Origin: Fistulifera solaris
Lineage: Eukaryota
Assembly: GCA_030295235.1 (NCBI GenBank)
Contig: AP026149.1
Span: 248,001-312,000, forward strand
Direction of reading: 5' to 3'
Length of the DNA stretch: 64,000 nucleotides
The notes under the pieces are model-generated. The model was not told the DNA's origin. It saw nothing but the letters and a program-made list of their open reading frames with translations, and made no database searches. Position numbers and translations under genes: made by a program. Below, piece after piece: positions 59,551-64,000 of this stretch. The number at the start of each line of letters is the position of its first letter. Positions within the stretch are counted from its first letter, which is position 1.

Positions 59551-60765
59551 CTATCTGCTTTGCCGTAGCTCTAATAGTTTCGACGCAAACGCCTCCCACG
59601 CTTGGACAAAGTCCTTATCTTCTATTTGTGCATTTGCTTCTCCCATACTCCACTCAAACACTGATTGATACTTTAGGTCCACTGGAAAAGGACTAACAGA
59701 AGCATTTCGAATACGGTGAAAGGCTCTCATCCCAACTTTCGCCGCAGCGTGATCGAGCGCCGTTTGACATTCCTCCACCGAATAGAACAAGTATCCATGC
59801 ACCATGTTCACTTGCGGTTCCTCGGGCTCAAATCGGATTACTTGTGACACAATGGGATGCTCTTTCAATAACTGTACTACATTGCATAGTTTTTCTTTCT
59901 TCTGTAGAAACGAAAGCGCACCATTCTTTCTAAGCCAATTCTTTTGATACCCGGCATCAGCAGCAACAACATAAGGCAGCAATGTGTACAAGTTTCCACC
60001 GAATCGCCGCAACCATATTCGAGCCTCTTGGCAAAATTCACTGGATCCAAGCAACATCGCACCGGACAGTCCCGCAAGACCCTTATAAAAGGACAAGTAC
60101 ACCGAATCAAACGGCTCGGCGAGATCGGAAAGTGACTGGCCCGGAAACGCGACACTGGCTTCGAACAATCGTGCACCATCACAATGAAAGGCAATCTGAT
60201 GGATTCGACAGAAATCTCGCATGCGCTCAACGTCAAGCCACGATGTTGTTTTCCCACCCAGTTCACGATGAGGAATTTCCAGAATCAACGTGGAAATGGC
60301 CTTGTTTTTCAATTGCGTTTCGACCGTTGCAAAGTCCAACGGGGCAGGTGCGATGCTCGTCGTAACAGTTTCCAGACGAATGACTTCCAGATTCAAAAGA
60401 TCCCGGTACGCATCGTTTTCATGAATCAGTAAATGAGAGGATGCATGACAGGCAAACCGTTTGGGTTTTTGTTGGGAATGAATCAACAAGGCAATGGATT
60501 GTGCCATGACTCCCGAGGGCATAAATACCGCGTCTTCCTTTCCCAATTCGAGTGCTAATTTCTGTTCAAATCTCCTCAAGTAAGTTTCGTGACTCGAAAA
60601 GTCGCCGTAGACATCGAATTCGTTCACGTCATTCGCTTCGCAGAAATCAGCCGATTGACGAAAGGTTGCGGCCGGAGAAAGCACCGCATGCGGTGATTGC
60701 AACAAAAGTGGTTTTGCTGTAGTGCTCCCGACAACTGAAGCCATAAAGAAAGGAGCCAGTAACAT
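59551..60765 (-). CDS. Low-specificity L-threonine aldolase (PLP-dependent)
   Basis: DVYG, AVFMPSGVMAQ, HCDGARLF, YLSFYKGL (PLP Lys) motifs. Confidence 0.88.
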   Translation of the reverse strand: MLLAPFFMASVVGSTTAKPLLLQSPHAVLSPAATFRQSADFCEANDVNEFDVYGDFSSHETYLRRFEQKLALELGKEDAVFMPSGVMAQSIALLIHSQQKPKRFACHASSHLLIHENDAYRDLLNLEVIRLETVTTSIAPAPLDFATVETQLKNKAISTLILEIPHRELGGKTTSWLDVERMRDFCRIHQIAFHCDGARLFEASVAFPGQSLSDLAEPFDSVYLSFYKGLAGLSGAMLLGSSEFCQEARIWLRRFGGNLYTLLPYVVAADAGYQKNWLRKNGALSFLQKKEKLCNVVQLLKEHPIVSQVIRFEPEEPQVNMVHGYLFYSVEECQTALDHAAAKVGMRAFHRIRNASVSPFPVDLKYQSVFEWSMGEANAQIEDKDFVQAWEAFASKLLELRQSR

Positions 60766-61191
60766 GGTGAGTCAATTTTGCAATGAATATGGAAAGTACT
60801 GATGTTGAAGCAAGATCGGCATTACTGCTCTTTTGCGATCGCGGACCCAAATACCAGGTATAATTACCGTAGTATTCTTGCACGCTCGTCTCGGGACTCC
60901 TTTTCTTTTTCTGTGTCGCGAGGAGTCGCGAGTGATTTCTTGCCGTTTCGGAAAAGTGACGTTCTGCGAAACACCTGTCCTACTGAAGAAGGAATAGTAG
61001 CAGATGGCACATTCCACCACGAAGACGACGCGGAATATTTGCATTCGACTTTCGATCCATCAATCATGAAACCCCTGCCATCACAACGACAAAGATCGGA
61101 AGAACAAAAACGTCTCTCTTTAGCTGCGAACAGATTTTAATACAAAAGACTTCTATTCCTTTTTTGTTACTCCTGATTATTAGTGATCGAA

Positions 61192-61707
61192 ATGAATCCC
61201 TCGCTATTAATTTTATTGATTACGTTGCAATCGACATCGACGTTCATGGTCCTTCCCTTTTCCACAGTAGCCCCAGGAAAACGCTCGTTCTACTTATCGG
61301 ATCGAAATGTCGAAACGAACGGCAATGGTAGTAATAGCAACGAAGATGACGAGGATTGCGATGAGGATGGTGAATGCGAAATTGATTGGGACGCCATGCC
61401 GACAGCCGCCGAAATAGGACAAGCGGCCGCCATGCGGAAACGCCTGGAAATGTCGTGGCAGCTCGAGGAAGCGAAAGAAGACTGTAATGTGGACCAACCA
61501 CAATCGTGTGGGAGTGAACCGTGTCAAGATTGTTCTGGGAAAGGATGGAAGACTTGTCGTTTCTGTCGTGGTACAAAACTGTTGTTCATGCCCGGTGCGG
61601 ACATTTGTCAGTGTAAAATTTGTCACAAGGGTCGGGAATCGTGCCGTTCTTGTCAAGGAACGGGATGGGTCGCTGGATGGACGCAGTTACAAGAAACGGC
61701 TCATTAG
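61192..61707 (+). CDS. DnaJ-type zinc-finger (CxxCxGxG) protein, probably plastid-targeted
   Basis: Signal peptide, then CQDCSGKG, CRFCRGT, CKICHKG, CRSCQGTG; no J domain. Confidence 0.8.
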   Translation: MNPSLLILLITLQSTSTFMVLPFSTVAPGKRSFYLSDRNVETNGNGSNSNEDDEDCDEDGECEIDWDAMPTAAEIGQAAAMRKRLEMSWQLEEAKEDCNVDQPQSCGSEPCQDCSGKGWKTCRFCRGTKLLFMPGADICQCKICHKGRESCRSCQGTGWVAGWTQLQETAH

Positions 61708-61881
61708 AATATTTATAGACACTCTTCAATGCAATCATTTGTTTTGGATTGGATTGTTTCTTCTGATAATCTTAAAAGGCGTTCCGATTTTTTTGTGTAA
61801 AGAATAGTATAGAGTTATAACGTCTTCTTTCGGTCAAAAACTTCAGTTGTAATGATGCATTTATATCGCCGAATGTAAAAT

Positions 61882-64000
61882 TTATTCCGCTTTTCGAATT
61901 ACTCCAGAAGCATCCAATACAAAGTGACCAGGCTCATCGATTACGTATTCTGCAGTTTCATGCTTGGCCATGGTATAGCCACGAATTCTTACTGTCTCTG
62001 GATAATCCTTCGATGGGTCCAGTTCTTGCAATTCCCAGCCTTTATTGGTAATTGACAATCCGTCAATTGTTAGATGTGTGTTCGGTCCAACTTTGACCAC
62101 TAACGCACCGTCTAATTCGAGTTGTTGAATTTTCACATTGTGCCCACTGAGTACCAAGGAACTGCGCCTTGTCACTTTCATCGGGCCTTCCACTGTTTTT
62201 AAGTCATCCGAGATCAGCGCAAAGGCTGGTGACAGTATGATGCGAGGACCTGGTGTAACAGGAATACCACCTGCTTTGATGAGGTCGTCGTCGCTGGTCA
62301 CTGGCAAGTCTACACCCACCGACTGGAGTTTGTGCTGATTTTGAATATACATGTCAGATTCAGCCGACGACATGGTCCCTGGTGCGGAACTGCCCGCATT
62401 CACGGCTTCTTGGCCCGCTTCCAACGCATTCTTGGCGGGAGAAAACGTATACCACCGATCAAACATGGTAAAACCAATATTTGCCTCTTGTTTCATTTCT
62501 TTTTGAAACAACTTGGGAATATCTTGCATCATGCATTCCAAGCGTGTCGGTTTCTTAAACTCAGTGCGGGTGGCGTCTTTGTATTTTGGATTCACGAATT
62601 CGAGAACAACCCCTTGATCTTCCCCGCGAAGTGTGCGAGCGTAAGATTTCATTTCAATTACCAAGTTGTTGGCGTTACCCGGGAACGGAGAATAACCAGT
62701 ATTCGGATCGGCAACGTCGCCGTCACCCTGTGTTCGCAAGAGAGGATCCAATTGATTGTATTCAACGTTGATCACCAGCGACTTATCGGGATCTGTCTTG
62801 TGTCTGTGTTTTTAGAAAATTGAGACTTCAATTATTGAAAAGTGGTAAACCACAGACCAAACCTGTACTTACTCCAGACGCGCAATAGCTCCAGCCGCTT
62901 CGCCCGCCAAACGAGGGATGCAAATACTATTCATATGGAATTCTTTTTGAATGCTGACTCCCAATGTTGGTAGAACAGAATTCACCACCAAAGCGTTGGT
63001 GTCTTGCAAGAATATAACATGAGTCTTTCCTTCCTTTTCCCACTGATCGACGAGTCCTTCCCGGTACAGCAGATGGTGAACGTCACCATGACCGTGCGGT
63101 TTGGTTTGCACCGTCCAGCGGTCGTCCATGGCCAAACCAGCAAAACCATCTTTGAGTGCAGGAACTTTGTCTTGCGTGACAATGGAAACTTGTTGAGGAT
63201 CCATGCCGAAATATTTCTGTTCGAGCAACAATTGTCGCGTGGCGGCATCCGTATCTCCACTGGTCATAATCACGAGCGGAATTTTTACGGAGGAATCACT
63301 TTGTCTTGCTCGATGTTGCAGAGCCAATATATATTGACAGTAAAATTCCAAATACGATGCATTATCACATAAATTGGTTTCGAGTGACAATTTGGTGCCG
63401 GAATATCCCAATCGCTCTCCCAAACCACCGGCCACGAGACAAAACACGACATCTTTGCTGGCCGCCAAGCCGATCTGTTCGGCTTGCCGAAAGGATTCTT
63501 CTCCAAACTTCAACACTTCGCCCTCGGGGACGACGGCTTCGTACTCATCAAACGGATTGACGCCATCGGCGGATTCTTGCAACAGTTTTTTAGCTTTGCT
63601 CAGATAGGCACTGAGTCCACCCGGATATGAGGCATCCAAGTCGGCGAGCTAATAGAAGGAAAATAATACGAGTTGATGGAATGCGTGTGAGCTTACGTAT
63701 CGGATACTTGTGAGAGGTTGAAGTCCAGCTATTACGCACCTGTTCCGCCAATTGCTGTTTGCCGTGGTCGTCTTCTCCTGCCGCGGGCCAATTCTTGTAC
63801 ACATGAGCTTGATGCCCTTCGAGATCAAATGCAATCAAACGCTCAACAGCGTCTCTCCCACGGGGCGAAAGAAGTGCCAAGTTTTCGGTTGTCACGACAT
63901 CCTTCTTATTCACGGTCGCGGATAGCATTCCAAACGCCGCTCTTCGTTCTTTCGGGGAATGCACGCCGAACGCCGAAGCCGCCGTCCACAATACTGCCAG
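61882..64000 (-). CDS. UDP-sugar pyrophosphorylase (start beyond window), plastid-type presequence
   Basis: LVAGGLGERLGYSG, KPHGHGDVH, INVEYNQLDPLL, VNPKYKD, RLECMMQD motifs; WTAASAFGV (ASAF) near 63980; introns about 63652-63738 and 62810-62873. Confidence 0.9.

Overview
Gene-dense eukaryotic nuclear DNA, most likely from a diatom (stramenopile alga). Evidence: short GT-AG introns, several signal peptides followed by ASAF/AF/AW plastid-targeting motifs, and diatom-type families such as DUF6824 and QRYAL-type LRR proteins. About 33 protein-coding genes can be supported. They include an FNR-like oxidoreductase, a P3A H+-ATPase, a bZIP factor, THADA, a two-pore K+ channel, TadA, a CCX/NCLX exchanger, a cyclophilin, TatD, MSH5, ABC-F, an NCS2 permease, cytochrome b5, threonine aldolase and UDP-sugar pyrophosphorylase. 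The clearest accessory element is a 2.6-kb PIF/Harbinger-type DNA transposon (25576-28185). It has perfect 29-bp TIRs, a TCA target-site duplication, an intact DDE transposase and an atypical second ORF on the opposite strand. Other points of interest are a tandem pair of small secreted 10-Cys proteins with an RXL-type propeptide, a head-to-head purine permease/deaminase pair, an intronless 741-aa orphan protein, and a bacterial-type SGNH hydrolase. Many otherwise intact genes carry single-base frameshifts, mostly in homopolymers, which are probably assembly errors. Product calls come from motif recognition by eye; no database searches were run.
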